Assembly (NCBI RefSeq): GCF_004010195.1
Contig: NC_057718.1
Location: 60,072,137-60,136,136 of the forward strand
Direction: 5' to 3'
Length of the DNA: 64,000 nucleotides
Source of the DNA: Chiloscyllium plagiosum
Taxonomy: Eukaryota
Below, one piece after another: positions 24,240-36,955 of the stretch. The translations under genes and the position numbers were made by a program. How positions within the stretch are numbered: position 1 is the stretch's first letter; the number at the start of each line of letters is the position of its first letter. The notes under the pieces are model-generated. The model saw nothing but the letters and a program-made list of their open reading frames with translations, had not been told where the DNA came from and made no database searches.

Positions 24240-24670
24240 TTAGGAGCCACTCTTTTAGGACTACAATGAAGCTAATTGAAGGTGGTAGAAATGATGACAA
24301 ATGCAATGAGCCCCTCAGATAGTTCTTAGGGAAAATCATGCTCATACCCTTGTAGCAAAATCTTCCAAAAAGCTTGTCAATAGTTTTCTGAGGTCACTGT
24401 CTGTATGACATAAGAGGGAGTGTCTTAATTCTGAAGACAATTCTTACCTTGAGCTAATATTTTCCAGATCTTTTCTGGATGTTTCTGATCATCCATGGAA
24501 AAACTGGATGCATTAATTTTGCAAAGCCTCTCCTTGCCAATGGCAAATAAGATTTTCAGAATTCACTTCTTGGGATGATATTTTTCTTGATGTCTAAGTA
24601 AAACTGCATACATTTCTTGAATAGCTGTAACTCAGTCAAGGTAATAGTGGCTGTCTACTCCATAATTTTT
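24240..24670 (-). mobile_element. Gypsy gag relic, probably the same element as 19456-20290
   Basis: Minus strand reads AIGKERLCKINASSFSMDDQKHPEKIWKIL, resembling vertebrate Gypsy gag N-termini; same strand and correct order relative to the integrase relic. Confidence 0.5.
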
Positions 24671-27143
24671 TTTATTTCTCAATGAAAGTCTTTACTATTC
24701 ATTAGAAGTAGAGAGTAGTTTCTGTTTGCTTCCTTTACCAGATTTCCTGTTGTCACCTTTTAAGTTTGCCTTCTCTGCTTCTGTTTTATTTTATTTTTCT
24801 TTCTGTTGCTCCTTTACTGAATTGATTCCTTTTAGAAAGTTTGGTTAGTAGATCCAGCCTTTGAGATCGAAATTGCATGCATGTAATAGTGTGCTTCAGC
24901 CACTAGATGGGGTTCATGGCAAATAAAGAGGGCTAACGTCATGGGGGCTTCCATTGTTTTGGCACTTTTTGAAAAAAGAAAATGACAAAGCCAACAAGCT
25001 CTACACAAACATAGACCTTGTTAGTCTGCAAAATTGGATTGGATTATAAGCTGCATTTTCATTCAAAAAAGCTGTATATGTATGTTATTAGTAGTGTTTG
25101 ATTGGCTTTTAAAATTAACATACCAGAATAAGGCTATCCTTTCATTTCTTTTTGAAGAGAGACATTCTAACTCAACAGAACTCATATTATTAAAAAAAAG
25201 TAGATCTTCTTGTTTAATTTATAGATCTTTACACACAAAACATGGTGTTTGATAATTGTTTGAATGTTTTGATGTCCTAGGCTGATGTCTAAATGATCTT
25301 CAATGAGTTTTCCAAATATCTACCCCCAAGATCTTGGAATCTGTTATAAACAGTCACCACTCTTAAGTATGATCAACAATCATGACATGCGCTTTGCCTC
25401 CAGCAGGGTATTTGTACCTGATATGTTAGCTTACTTAACATAAGAACTAGGTGCAGTCGATATGGTATTGAAAGATACAACAGCTGTTTATTGCAGCCGC
25501 TGATATATAGAAATATTACAGTCACAGTGACATAGGTGCTTGAGCTAATATTAACCTATTCTGTTGCAAATAGTAGGGTGGCTTCACCAAAATGTCATGT
25601 TTCAAGTGTCCCCAGTTTCAGGTGGAGTCCAGGACAGCTATACCTTCAGGTCACATGTTATGACACCACGATTATATCATGATCACATCTCTTCAAGATA
25701 TACTGCATATTTACTGTGAGTCACACTAATTGCCATTCTCCTGTACTACACATTCATTACAACACTCCATTTGCAACATTTCCATTGCAGAACTCATGCT
25801 ATCACAACCATTGAAGTGCTCAACGTCGACAGAACTCACTTGTTGATCTCTCATGTCTGACACATCAGTATATCTGGGGAGAGGTTACATTGAGCAAAGT
25901 TTGAAGTGGATATCTCTTGACTCCTATGAGTCAACAATTGAAATAGTAAGATTCATATACCGGCTTGTCAAAATAATGAACGTAACACAGCTCTCGGGGA
26001 AACTGGCACACTCATGCAGGATCGTCTTCCTATGATTTCACTTGTATTGCAGTGTTGGAAAATCATCCCTCTCTGACTATATAATCTATTGTTTGATTTA
26101 GCAGTTCTTGTACCCAGGTGATTGTATACTGAACTCGTTAGAATCCAGTCAAAATGATAAAACCCAGTGCCACCTCTTTGGATTATTGTAATTACAAGAG
26201 GAATTTATATCGTTAATCATCTTGCATACATTTCAACAATGAACATCATTAAGCCTCTGATGGAGATATGTACCTGATAGTCCCCTGTAAGAAGCTAGAG
26301 GGGAAAATGTTGTGGCTGCTGGCTACTTTCACAAATGCCTGTTGGATGGCTTCCAGGTCCAGCAGGGAATACGCCTTCTTGTAGGTGCTAGCAGTTGTCT
26401 GCCTCCACCAGATGTAGTGACTTTAAGCTGCAGAAACTGTTAATTAAATTGGTTGAGAAAACAAGGACCTTGAACCCTGCATCATGTGTACTGCCTCTTG
26501 CATCTCTGGTGTTTACATTGTGCATCTCCTTCCTGTTGTTAACATTACAGTCCTATCTACAGTGCTGCCAGTGCAATGGATGACAATAGCTTTCCTTGTT
26601 TAATCTGCAGTTCTACAAATCCAAATTATCTTCCATACTGATCTCATCACTTTGCAAAACCTCCAAAGTTTGGAGAAGATGTAACTGTACAACCATGCTG
26701 CTTATCAGAAGGAAATTACACACCAGCTGCTTGAGGTGAGCTTTTATTCAGATGGGACAATAACAAGTTGAAATACTAATTGGAATTGCAGCTCAAACTC
26801 ACATTTGTTTCCCTAGTGTTTTTGTTTCTGGCTCCAGAAATCTGTGCTGCACAAAGGTTAAATTGGAGGCAAATAATGAACATTTCCATTAATGTCTCTG
26901 AAGAACATTAATTACCCTTTTAGGTATTCAGACATAGGCTAAATCTCTGATTTTGACATGTGCAGTTCTCATTTGTATCCAATCCTATTTTCATTAAACC
27001 CAGAACTGGTAAATCGGAACCTTTGCAAAATTGATAGATTTAATGCCTGACCCATTCCCAAACCACCCACATGCCAAAAGTGACAACCATAGCAGTGAAT
27101 GGTTTTGCATCCTGAGGAAGAAACAGTTTTAAAGGTGATCTTC

Positions 27144-27357
27144 AGAATCAACGAGGAGCAAGTGAGGACTGCAGATGCTGGAGTTAAGAGTTGAAAGTGT
27201 GGTGCTGGAAAAGCACTGCAGGTCAGGCAGCATCCAAGGAGCAGGAGAATTGACATAATTCATCAGGAATTATGCCTGAAACACCGATTCTCCTGCTCCT
27301 CGATGCTGCCTGACCCGCTGTGCTCTTCCAGCATCGCACTCTCGATATCTAGAATCA
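27144..27357. mobile_element. Fold-back pair of PLE terminal repeats (family C)
   Basis: gtgctggaaaagcactgcaggtcaggcagcatccaaggagcaggagaat versus attctcctgctcctcgatgctgcctgacccgctgtgctcttccagcat; AGAATCA on both flanks. Confidence 0.8.
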
Positions 27358-27488
27358 GTCAATAAATTATTCTTATTTCAATGCAACTTTTCCTGGTGAA
27401 ATCCAAATTACATTATTACCATATTTTTCTCTAACTTTGGATTATGTCACAAATATTTGCAATGCATTGGTCCAATCTGTATAATGGC

Positions 27489-27636
27489 ACAGAATATAGT
27501 TTCGGGCATGAGCCCTTCTTCAGGATTCTCCTGGTCCTTGGATTCTGCCTGACCTGCTGTGCTTTTCCAGCAACACATTTTCAGCTCTGATCTCCAGCAT
27601 CTGCAGTCCTCACTTTCTCCTACAGAATATAGTTTC
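27489..27636. mobile_element. PLE family C terminal repeat with an inverted hammerhead-core fragment, 15-bp TSD
   Basis: ACAGAATATAGTTTC at 27489-27503 and 27622-27636; minus-strand CTGAAGA-A-GGGC tcat GCCC-GAAAC at 27523-27499. Confidence 0.85.
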
Positions 27637-27702
27637 ACTTTCACTGAGCATTACAGGAAACCACTGCTTCCAAATGATTTTAAACGCTTCAGCTTATATC
27701 AA

Positions 27703-29822
27703 AGAACTAAGAACAAAGAAAATTTACAATGTAGGAACAGACCCTTCGGCCCTCCAAGCCTGTGCCGATCCAAATCCACTGTCTAAACCTATCATGCAAT
27801 ACTTAGCATCTGTATCCCTCTGGTCCCCACCAGATGCATCTTAAATGAATCTACTGTCCCTGCCTCTACTACCTCTGCTGGCAACACTTTCCAGGCACCT
27901 ACCATCCTTGTGTAAAGTACTTGCCACTTATATGCCCCTTAAACATTTCACCTCTCAGCTTGAACGTGTGACCTCTCGTTATTGAATCTCTCACCCTGGA
28001 AAAAAGCTTATCTCTATCTACCCTGTCTATAACTTTCATGATTTTGTAGACCCCAATCAGGTCCCTCCTCAATCTCCTATTTTCTAATGAAAACAATCCC
28101 AACCTACTCAACCTCTCTTCATAGCTAGTATCTTCCATACCAGGCAACATCCTTGTAAACCTTCTCTGCACCCTCTCCTAAGCATCCACATCCTTTTGGT
28201 AATGTGGCGACCAGAATTGTACACAGTATTCTAAATGCAGCTGAACCAAATTCTTGTACAATTTAACATGATCTGCCAGCTCTGATAGTCAATACCCTGT
28301 CCGATGAAGGCAAGCATACTATATGCCTTCTTGACCTCTCTATCTGCCTGTGCAGCCACCTTCAGGGTACAATGGACCTGAACTCCCAGATCTCTCTGCT
28401 CATAAACTTTTCCCATGGCTCGTCTGTTTACAGTATAGTTCGCTCTAGAATTAGACTTCCCAAAATGCATCACCTCACATTTGCCTGGATTGAACTTCAT
28501 CTGCCACTTCTTTGCCCAACTCTCCAGTCTATCTAATATTCCCCTGTATACTTTGACAGTCCCCTATGCTTTCTGCTACTCCACCAATCTTTGTGTAACC
28601 TGTAAACTTACTGATCATACCAACAGTGCACTCTTCCAGAACTTTATGTATATTACAAACAACAGTGGCCCCAGCACTGATCCCTATGGAACACCACTGG
28701 TCCAATTCTCCATTTCGAGAATCTTGGTTCAACTACTACCCTCTGCCTCCTGTTGCTCAACTAGTTCATTATCCACCCAGCTAGAACACCCTGCACACCT
28801 GTGACTTCACTTTCTCCATTAGTTTACCATGGGGAACCTTATCAAATGCTTTACTAAAATCCATGTATATCAACTACAGCCCTTCTTTCATCTATCAACT
28901 TGGTCACGTCAAAGAACTGTATTAAGTTGGTAAGGCACGATCTCCCCCGCACAAAACTATGTTATCTATCACTGATAAGCCCATTCTTTTCCAAATATAA
29001 AGAGATTTTATCCCTCAGTACCTTCTCCAGCAATTTTCCCACCACTAACGTCAGGCTCACTGGTCTGTAATTCCCTGGAATATCCCTCACACCCTTCTTG
29101 TACAGGGGGACATAATGAGCAAAACTCCAGTCCTCTGGCACCTCGCCTGTGTTTAAGGATGCTACAAAGATATCTGTCAGAACTCCAGCTATTTCCTCTC
29201 TCTCCTTCGTCAGCAACCTGGGATAGATCCCATCCAGTCCTGGGGATTTGTCCACCTTAATAACCTTTAGCCCAACATACCTTCCCTCCTTATGTCAACA
29301 TGATCCAGAGTAAACAAACTTCTATCTCTAATCTCAGCATTCAACACCTCCCATTCCTCAGTGAACACTGATACAAAGTAATCATTGAGAATCTCACCCA
29401 TTTTCTCAGGTTCGACACACAACCTTGCTTCCTTATCCTTTAGTGGACCATCCCTTTCTCTGGTTACGCTCTTGCTTCTTATATAAGAATGAAAAGCCTT
29501 GGGATTCTCCCTAATTCTGCTTACCAAAGCTATTTCATGACCCCTTTTAGCCCAAATGATTCCTCATTTAAGAATAGTCCTTTCTCCCGATATTCCTCCA
29601 AGACATGTTCTGTTCTTAGCTGCCTGGACCTTATGTACACTTCCCTTTTCCTCTTCGCCAGTCGCACAATTTCTCCTGTCATCCACGGTTCATAAATCTT
29701 GCCTTTCCTATCCTTTATTTTCAAAGGGACATGCCTATCCTGTACTATAATCAACCTATCTTTGAAAGCCTCCCACATATCAAATATGGACTTTCCTTCA
29801 AATAGCTGTGTCCAATCCACAA
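27703..29822 (-). mobile_element. CR1 LINE, about 2.1 kb, 5'-truncated and frameshifted
   Basis: RENPKAFHSYI, DKSPGLDGIYPRLL, PGNYRPVSLT, MKFNPGKCEVMHFG, RDLGVQV, RRLRRDLI; tail (ttctttg/ttcttag). Confidence 0.93.
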
Positions 29823-30192
29823 TCCAATATCATCTTCATGAATCCTGCAACAACTCTGTTTTTTCAACTTCAGCCGTTGAGTTCACTTGACAAACTTTGG
29901 GAGTGAAAAGCCTTCTTTACCAGGCCTGCTTTTCAAGACAAGACAATCCCACAACTTACTTTTCCTTTTCTCCCTGGCTTGTGATGCTGTCCCATTCACT
30001 TCAATTGTTTTTTTCCCTGGAGGGTATTTGGGTGTGTGACTGGGATGGGGACAGTGACCTGACATTAGATATTTGGGTTCAGTGTGTTCTCCTTATTTAA
30101 ACCCATGAGAAAGGTACTGCTGCTTATTCAAGCTTTCTGCACAATCAGGGGTTAAGAATCACATAACTTGCTTTTCAAAACCATATTGATAA

Positions 30193-30500
30193 TGGCACAG
30201 TGGTTAGCACTGCTGCCTCACAGCGCCAGAGACCCGGGTTCAATTCCCGCCTCAGACGACTGACTGTGTGGAGTTTGCACGTTCTCCCCGTGTCTGCGTG
30301 GAATTCCTGCGGGTGCTCCGGTTTCCTCCCACAGTCCAAAAAAGATGTGCAGGTCAGGTGAATTGGCCATGCTAAATTGCCCGTAGTATTAGGTAAGGGG
30401 TAAATGTAGGGGTATGGGTGAGTTGCGCTTCGGCGGGGCGGTGTGGACTTGTTGGGCCAAAGGGCCTGTTTCCACACTGTAGGTAACCTAATCTAATCTA
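30193..30500 (+). mobile_element. HE1-type V-SINE
   Basis: Head tggcacagtggttagcactgctgcc, B box ggttcaattcc, V-domain, tail ctaatctaatcta; nearly identical to 34689-35000. Confidence 0.92.
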
Positions 30501-30609
30501 AAAGTGAAAGGAAAAGGTTTTAGTTGTTTCTCATCCCTGTCTTTAATATTCTAAAGCAATAATCAGAATGTTTATTTTAATTCATTCACAAGATAAGACT
30601 ATTTTCCCT

Positions 30610-30830
30610 CCACTCATGGATATGGGTGTTGTGGCATTCATTGCAACATTCAAGCTGTCATTGTGCAATGGAGATGAACTGCTCTCTTAAACCACTGCTA
30701 TCCATGTGGTGTAAGTACACCCACAGTGCTATTGGATAGGGAGTTCCAAGACATTGGCCCAGTGACAGTGAAGACAAAGTGATATAATTCCAAGTCAGAA
30801 TGGTCTGCAATTTGAAGGCAACTTGGAGTT
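30610..30830 (-). mobile_element. Family Z LINE 3' fragment
   Basis: gtacacccacagtgct...agggagttccaa...cccagtgacagtgaag is homologous to 20510-20700. Confidence 0.65.
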
Positions 30831-32377
30831 TGTTCAAAAAAAAGGAGTTAAAATCTATGTATTACACTCGGAATGCAAATGTGCACTGATCAATAATAAA
30901 GCTGCGTCCATGCAATAATGGACAGCTGCATCAATGACCTTACGTACACTGGGTGATGCTATTGAAGACAGGTAAGATGCCTGTTTAAACCAGCAATATT
31001 GTTCATAACTGAAAATATATTTTTAACAGAACTGAGATAGGCTTTTCAAAGAGACGTCACCTTTTAACACGCAGTAATGCACTTGTCGAAAGAGAAAAGT
31101 AGTTAGAAATATCACTGGCTATAAAAGCAGTTAACTGAATAGGACTCCACAGCAAAATGAGCTTGGGAAAGTTATTAAGACAAAACTAACTTAAACACTA
31201 TTTCTGTAATGCATCATGTATCCTTCTCTCACACCTTTTCACAACAGCTAAGACAGTCACCAAAAATACCCAATAATTAAATATGACACTAAAATATGTA
31301 GGATATCAAATATAAACCATAAAAACCATATAGGAAAGCAACATGAATCTATATAATTAAAAATGTTGTCTTCATTGTGTCTGTTGTGCAGAGGAAAGTG
31401 CGCTTGACACATATCAAAATCTGAATTGTCCACTCTACAGTTCTGATTGCCTCAAATAACTACGATGTTAATAATTAATTTAATAAGAAGTTGACAGTGA
31501 AAACTACTAATCTTAAACCGGCAGACAGAGTTAGAAACACTAATCATAAGTGAGCAGCCATCTAAATTTAACTAATTAAATTTCTTAATTATGTTTCAAA
31601 GCTAGAAACTGGAATAAGTGATTGCAGCAAAATGAACCAACCATGTCACTCAAAATTATTCTTTCACACAGTCACAGGTGATCATTTTGTCCTGGGTCTT
31701 TCTGTATAAATTACTAAAGATTAAGGCTGAGAAATTGAGGACTGCAGCTGATTTGGATGGTTAGAGCTCCAAAATGGACTATGAGCATTCACTTCTGCTC
31801 TGAGTTATCTCAGATACGAGATTGGTCAGGATATTAATGTATTAGTGGGAGGTGTTTCTCCAAAAATTTGGAGATGCTGTCAACCTAACATTACTATTTT
31901 AGTGTTCCATGCTCCAATTATTGCCCTCCCATAAACATACACATTTGAACATACGTTCAACAGCAGGAAAAAACTCCGCCAACATTGTTCATTGGGATTG
32001 TCAACTGGTTGCTGATTGATTTATACTGGTTGTTGCTATCATTGTACAATTTTTTGCAAATTTATTCTAGAATTTCATGAAGCTGTTAACGTCTGCAGAG
32101 TATGGAATGGCACATGTTGAAGGACTTTGTCCTGATTTCAAGCCTCTTCCCAAACCAATTGCTTGCAGGTATGAGTTGTGACTCCATTTGAAATACAACA
32201 TGACTGGGAGAATCACATCAGGGTGAGCTGCCAGCAAAGATAGCAGGACAGGACAATGAGAAAGCTGTCAGCAGGAGTATATATGTACAGGTTTGTACCT
32301 CATTGACCAATACTTTGCGAGAGAAACATCTACACTTTCAGTCAAGATGTCTTAATTGAAATCTACCGCCTACCTCT

Positions 32378-32712
32378 GGGTGGCATGGTGGCTCAGTGGT
32401 GAGCACAGCTGCCTCACAGCACCAGAGACTTGGGTTCAATCCCATCTTTGGGACTGTGAGGAATTTGGACATTCTCCCTGTGTCTGTGTGGGTTTGCTCC
32501 GGTGCTCTTTTCAAGGTTCAGTGAAGTGCAGGTTAGGGGGATTGGCTTTGATAAATTGCCTTGTAATGTACATGCATGTGCAGGCTAAGTGGGTTAGACA
32601 TGGGGAATGTGAGGTTATGGAAATAAGGTGGGGGCTGGGTCTCGGTGTGCTGTTGTTCAGAGGGTTGGAGCAGACTCAGTTGGCCAAAAGGCCTCTTTCT
32701 TCACTGTAGGAG
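32378..32712 (+). mobile_element. HE1-type V-SINE, older copy
   Basis: gggtggcatggtggctcagtgg head, ggttcaatccc, degenerate V-domain and tail. Confidence 0.85.
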
Positions 32713-33567
32713 TTTCAAGCTGCAGCCATAATTGCACAGGATTGCCCTGTCATAAACCCTGACATTTTCTTTCTCTCTTGCCAGAGAATAGCAGGCAGAG
32801 TCAGCATCATAAGGAATGTGAGGTATTTCATTGTACAGGTGGCCATTCACTGCACATATATTAGTTTGAGGGCAATTACTAAGACTAATAAGGCAGTATG
32901 TTGGGAGCGTAACAGTGGTGCTGTGCAAAAATACTCAGCAATTTATGTAAGTTAATGCTTAATATCCTGGCAAGAGTCATTGGGTTTTGTTTATCAGGCT
33001 TCCCAAGGTAGTTTCTCCACCTGCTACTGGTGCATTAATACCAGAAACATTGGGATGGAGTGCTTAATTGAACATTAATTGCTTGAATTGAGAGCAGGAT
33101 GCCTCCACTCAGAGGCAGAGGCAGGAAGGCAGTGAGGTCCTAACCTGCCACCCTCCTACTTGACTAAAAACTCCCTGCCAATAAATTCATCATGGGGTCA
33201 GCCATTACGTTCCACCCAATAATTCTGCATACTCTTAGTATCCTGTACCACATGGGCAGGTATAGTATAAAGGGTGTTTTATGACCTGTTTCAGATTGGT
33301 TTCATTTGACCCTGAACCTCAGTACATCTGTCATCTCCTTTGGTCACATACCAGACCAGAGCTATAAGCCATAACTGCACAGGATATCCTGGTCAGCCAG
33401 CAGTTATTCTGATACATGACCTTGAATCACCAGGAATGGTATGGTGCTGGTGATTTGCAGATTTGCAGCTGGCTTAGTTTCTCAAGAACCTCTGATGGAA
33501 TGGCTGTCAATGTACTGGAAAGGAATAGGTTTTGCGATGTCTCCTTCAGTAAATCATCCCACCTATC

Positions 33568-33655
33568 CTGGGAGGTTCTTCGGAGGGTTGGTGTGGACTC
33601 AATGGGCCAAATGGCCTGCTTTTACACTGTAGAGATTCAATGATTCTATGATCTT
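33568..33655 (+). mobile_element. HE1 SINE 3' fragment
   Basis: cttcggagggttggtgtggact...gggccaaatggcctg...acactgtag...gattctatgat. Confidence 0.7.
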
Positions 33656-33764
33656 CGTTCCCACATGACTTAAATGGCTGCATTCTCACCCATAATATTA
33701 TCAAGTAGAGAAATAAAAATCAGCTTGATAAATTTATTTGAATTATTCAAGAAGCTTAAGCAGG

Positions 33765-35290
33765 AAGGATAGAGGGGATGCATTGTAATATGTTTGGGCT
33801 TTCAGAAAAAGTCTGAAAAGGAATCATACAGAACACAATAATAAGTTAATATGTTAAGAGCCTAGATGTTGGAGGTAGTATATTAGCATGGATAGCATAT
33901 TGGCTAACAAATAGAAAACAGAGAATTGAGATAATGGTGTGGGGTGGGCGGGGTAGCATTTTCAGGATTGCAACCTATAATGAGTGGAAAGTCACAGGAG
34001 TTAGTGCTGGGGCCACAAGCATACATAATATATGTTAATGACTTGGATGAGGAAATTGAATGTACTATTTGTGGGTAACACAACAAGAAGTGAGAAAGCA
34101 AGTGCTGAAAATGACACAAAGAGGCTGCAGAGAGATATAGACATGCTAAGGGAGTAGACTTACAGAACTCTGCAGATGGAATGTAACATGTACAAATGTG
34201 AGGTTATTCAGTTAGGCTAGAAAAATAGAGGAGCTGACTATTATATAAATGAAAAAGACTGCAATACAGAGGAATTTGGATGTCCTTGTGCATAAATCAC
34301 CAATGCTAGCATGGATGTTCAGTGGTTAATCTGGAAGGCAAAGGGAAGGTTGGCCTTTGTTTCAAAGGGAATAGAGTACAGTAGTAGGGAGATTTTGCTG
34401 AAACTCTGTAAGGCACTAGTCAAATAACGATGTTGTGAGCATTTTGGCCCTTATCTGAGGAAAGATATGTTGGTACTGAAGGCAGCCAGAGAAGGTTCAC
34501 TAGGCTGCTCCTGGATATGGAGGGGTTGTTTTCGGAGGAGAAGTTGAGTAGACTGGTCTGTACCTATTGGAATTTAGAAGAATCAGAGGTGATCTTATTG
34601 AGGTATGTAAGATTCTTCGGGGATTTGACAAGGTAGATGTGCAAAAGTTACTTCCCTCTGTGAGACAGTCTAAGACCAATTGAAATGTGGGTGGCACGGT
34701 GGCACAGTGGTTAGCACTGCTGCCTCACAGCGCCTGAGACCCAGGTTCAATTCCCGCCTCAGGCGACTGACTGTGTGGAGTTTGCACGTTCTCCCCGTGT
34801 CTGCGTGGGTTTCCTCCGGGTGCTCCGGTTTCCTCCCACAGTCCAAAGATGTGCAGGTTAGGTGAATTGGCCATGCTAAATTGCCCGCAGCCTTAGGTAA
34901 GGGGTAAATGTAGGGGCATGGGTGGGTTGCGCTTCGGCGGGTCGGTGTGGACTTGTTGGGCCGAAGGGCCTGTTTCCACACTGTAATGTAATCTAATCTA
35001 AAAACCAGAAGGCCTAATCTCAGAATAAGGAGTCATTCATTTAAGACAGAAATGAAAAGGAATTATTTTTGCATTGAGAGATGTGAATCTGTGGAATTCT
35101 TTACAGTGGAGGAGCGGTTAGGTCATTAAGTATATTTAAGAGCTGATAAGGCAGAATTTAATCACTGTGGGGGAAAGACAGAAACATGATGTTAGGGACT
35201 ATCAGATGATTTATGATCTCATTGAATGGTGGAACAGACTCTTTGGGCTGAATGGCCAACTTGTGCTCCTGTGTCTTACAAGCTTATGGT
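33765..35290 (+). mobile_element. Decayed CR1 RT and 3' end, interrupted by HE1
   Basis: QELVLGPQ...YVNDLDE block; GLYLLEFRRIRGDLIEV block; typical 3' UTR near 35200-35290. Confidence 0.8.
34689..35000 (+). mobile_element. HE1-type V-SINE, young and full length
   Basis: Complete head, CpG-retaining V-domain, taatctaatcta tail. Confidence 0.93.
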
Positions 35291-35325
35291 CTTATTTGTC
35301 AAAACTTTCTCAGTTTAAGTCACAG

Positions 35326-36275
35326 GACTTTGGTGACAGCTACGGCAATGCAGTTATGTTTACTATAGGTATATACTGCAGGGCATGAGTTATAACTGGG
35401 GGGAAAGGCAATTATGATGCAATTAGGCAAGATTTAGGATGCATAGGATGGGGCAGGAAATTCCAGGGGATGGGCACAATTGAAATGTAGAGTTTATTCA
35501 AGGAACAGCTACTGTGCGTCCTTGATAACTATGTACCTGTCAGGCAGGGAGGAAGTTGTTGAGCGAGGGAGCCGTGGTTTACTAAAGAAGTTGTATCTCC
35601 TGTCAAGAGGAGAAATCTCAGGTGTTCATGTACATAGACCCCTGAAAGTTGCCACCCAGCTTCATAGGGTTGTGAAGAGGGCATACAGTGTGTTAGCTTT
35701 TATTGGTAGAGGGATTGAGTTTTGCAACTATGAGGTCATGTTGCAACTGTACAAAACTCTGGTGCACTTGGATCATTAGGTGCAGTTCTGGTCATCGCAT
35801 TATAGGAAGAATGTGGAAGCTTTGGAAAGGGTTCAGAGGATATTTTCTAGGATGTTGCCTAGTATGGAGGGAATAACTTATGAGGCTGTTTTTGTTAGAG
35901 AGAAGAATGTTGGGAGGTGACTTATGTGGGATAGATAAGATAATCAGTGGATTAGATAGGGTGGACAGTGAGAACATTTTTCCTCTGATGGTGATGGCTA
36001 GCATGAGGGGACAGAGCTTTAAATTTAGGGGTGATAGATATAGGACAGATGTCAGAGGTAATTTCTTTACTCAGAGAGTAGTAGGGACAAGGAATGCCCT
36101 GCCTGCAACAGTAGTAAACTCGCCAACTTTAAGGGAATTTAAATGGTCATTGGATAGATATATGGATGAAAATGGAATAGTGTAGGTTAGATTGGCTTCA
36201 GATTGGTTCCACAGGGTGGCGCAACATCGAAGGCTGAAGGGCCTGTACTGTACTGTTATATTCTGTGTTCTATGA
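35326..36275 (+). mobile_element. CR1 with a large internal deletion, inserted in a DeuSINE
   Basis: FGDSYGNAVMFTI jumps at about 35610 to GVHVHRPLKV...RGIEF, then FFTQRVVGTRNALP and tail; GACTT on both sides. Confidence 0.82.
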
Positions 36276-36668
36276 CTTGAGCTCAAAAATCAAAGCTGAC
36301 AGACTTGCTTTACCTAAAGAAGGTTGCATTGTCAAAGGTGCCATCTTTCAGGCAACACATTAACTGAGGCCCTGACTACCCTCTAGGGTGGATGTGGAAG
36401 ATTCTATAGCACAGTTTAGAAGTGTTGGTGTTTGAGTTATTCCTGGTGTACTGGTTTATATTTATCCCTCAATCAACATCACAAAAATAGATTATGTGCT
36501 CTTTACCACTTTGTAGGTTGTGAGAGATTGATGTACAGATATTCACTGCCAGGTTTTCTATTTTACAACTGTGAGCACACATCCAAACTACTTCATGGGT
36601 TGTAAGGTGCTTTAAGACATTTGGTGCTCATGAAATGTGTAATACAGATGCAAGACTTCACTTTTCTT
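36275..36668 (+). mobile_element. DeuSINE (SacSINE1-like) with L2-type tail
   Basis: gacttgagc...gctgac; ggtgccatctttcag; cctggtgtactgg..tatttatccctcaatcaacatcac Deu-domain block; tail gtgctttaagaca...atgcaag. Confidence 0.7.
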
Positions 36669-36880
36669 TATAATGCTGGAAGAGAAAGACTCACCTTTGA
36701 AAGATCTTTAAACTTGCCCAGAGTTCATAGAACAAAAACTAACATCCCATTCCCTGAACAGAGAATTGCTTCCAGAATAGTTACCTCACGTGTGCATTAT
36801 ATCACTTTTGTGATTGTGTTGCTTCCTGTGGTCATGTTAAAGGCACTGATTGAAAGATATCGATGGGCTAGTTTGACCAT

Positions 36881-36955
36881 AAGACACACAGACAGAAAGA
36901 CACAGACAAACAGCCAGCCAGACAGACACACATACACGCACGCGCACACACACGC
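36881..36955. repeat. Compound (ACAG)n/(AC)n microsatellite
   Basis: agacacacagacagaaagacacagacaaacagccagccagacagacacacatacacgcacgcgcacacacacgc. Confidence 0.8.

Noticed and set aside
25350..26800. Additional minus-strand LTR element
   Set aside because: Hints of an LTR and gag-like words only; no paired LTR or firm motif.
30193..30260. tRNA gene
   Set aside because: The A and B boxes belong to the tRNA-derived head of an HE1 SINE; the same applies to the other copies.
30920..30977. Strong donor ACAG|GTAAGA (a similar one lies at about 54738)
   Set aside because: No polypyrimidine acceptor or recognisable frame upstream.
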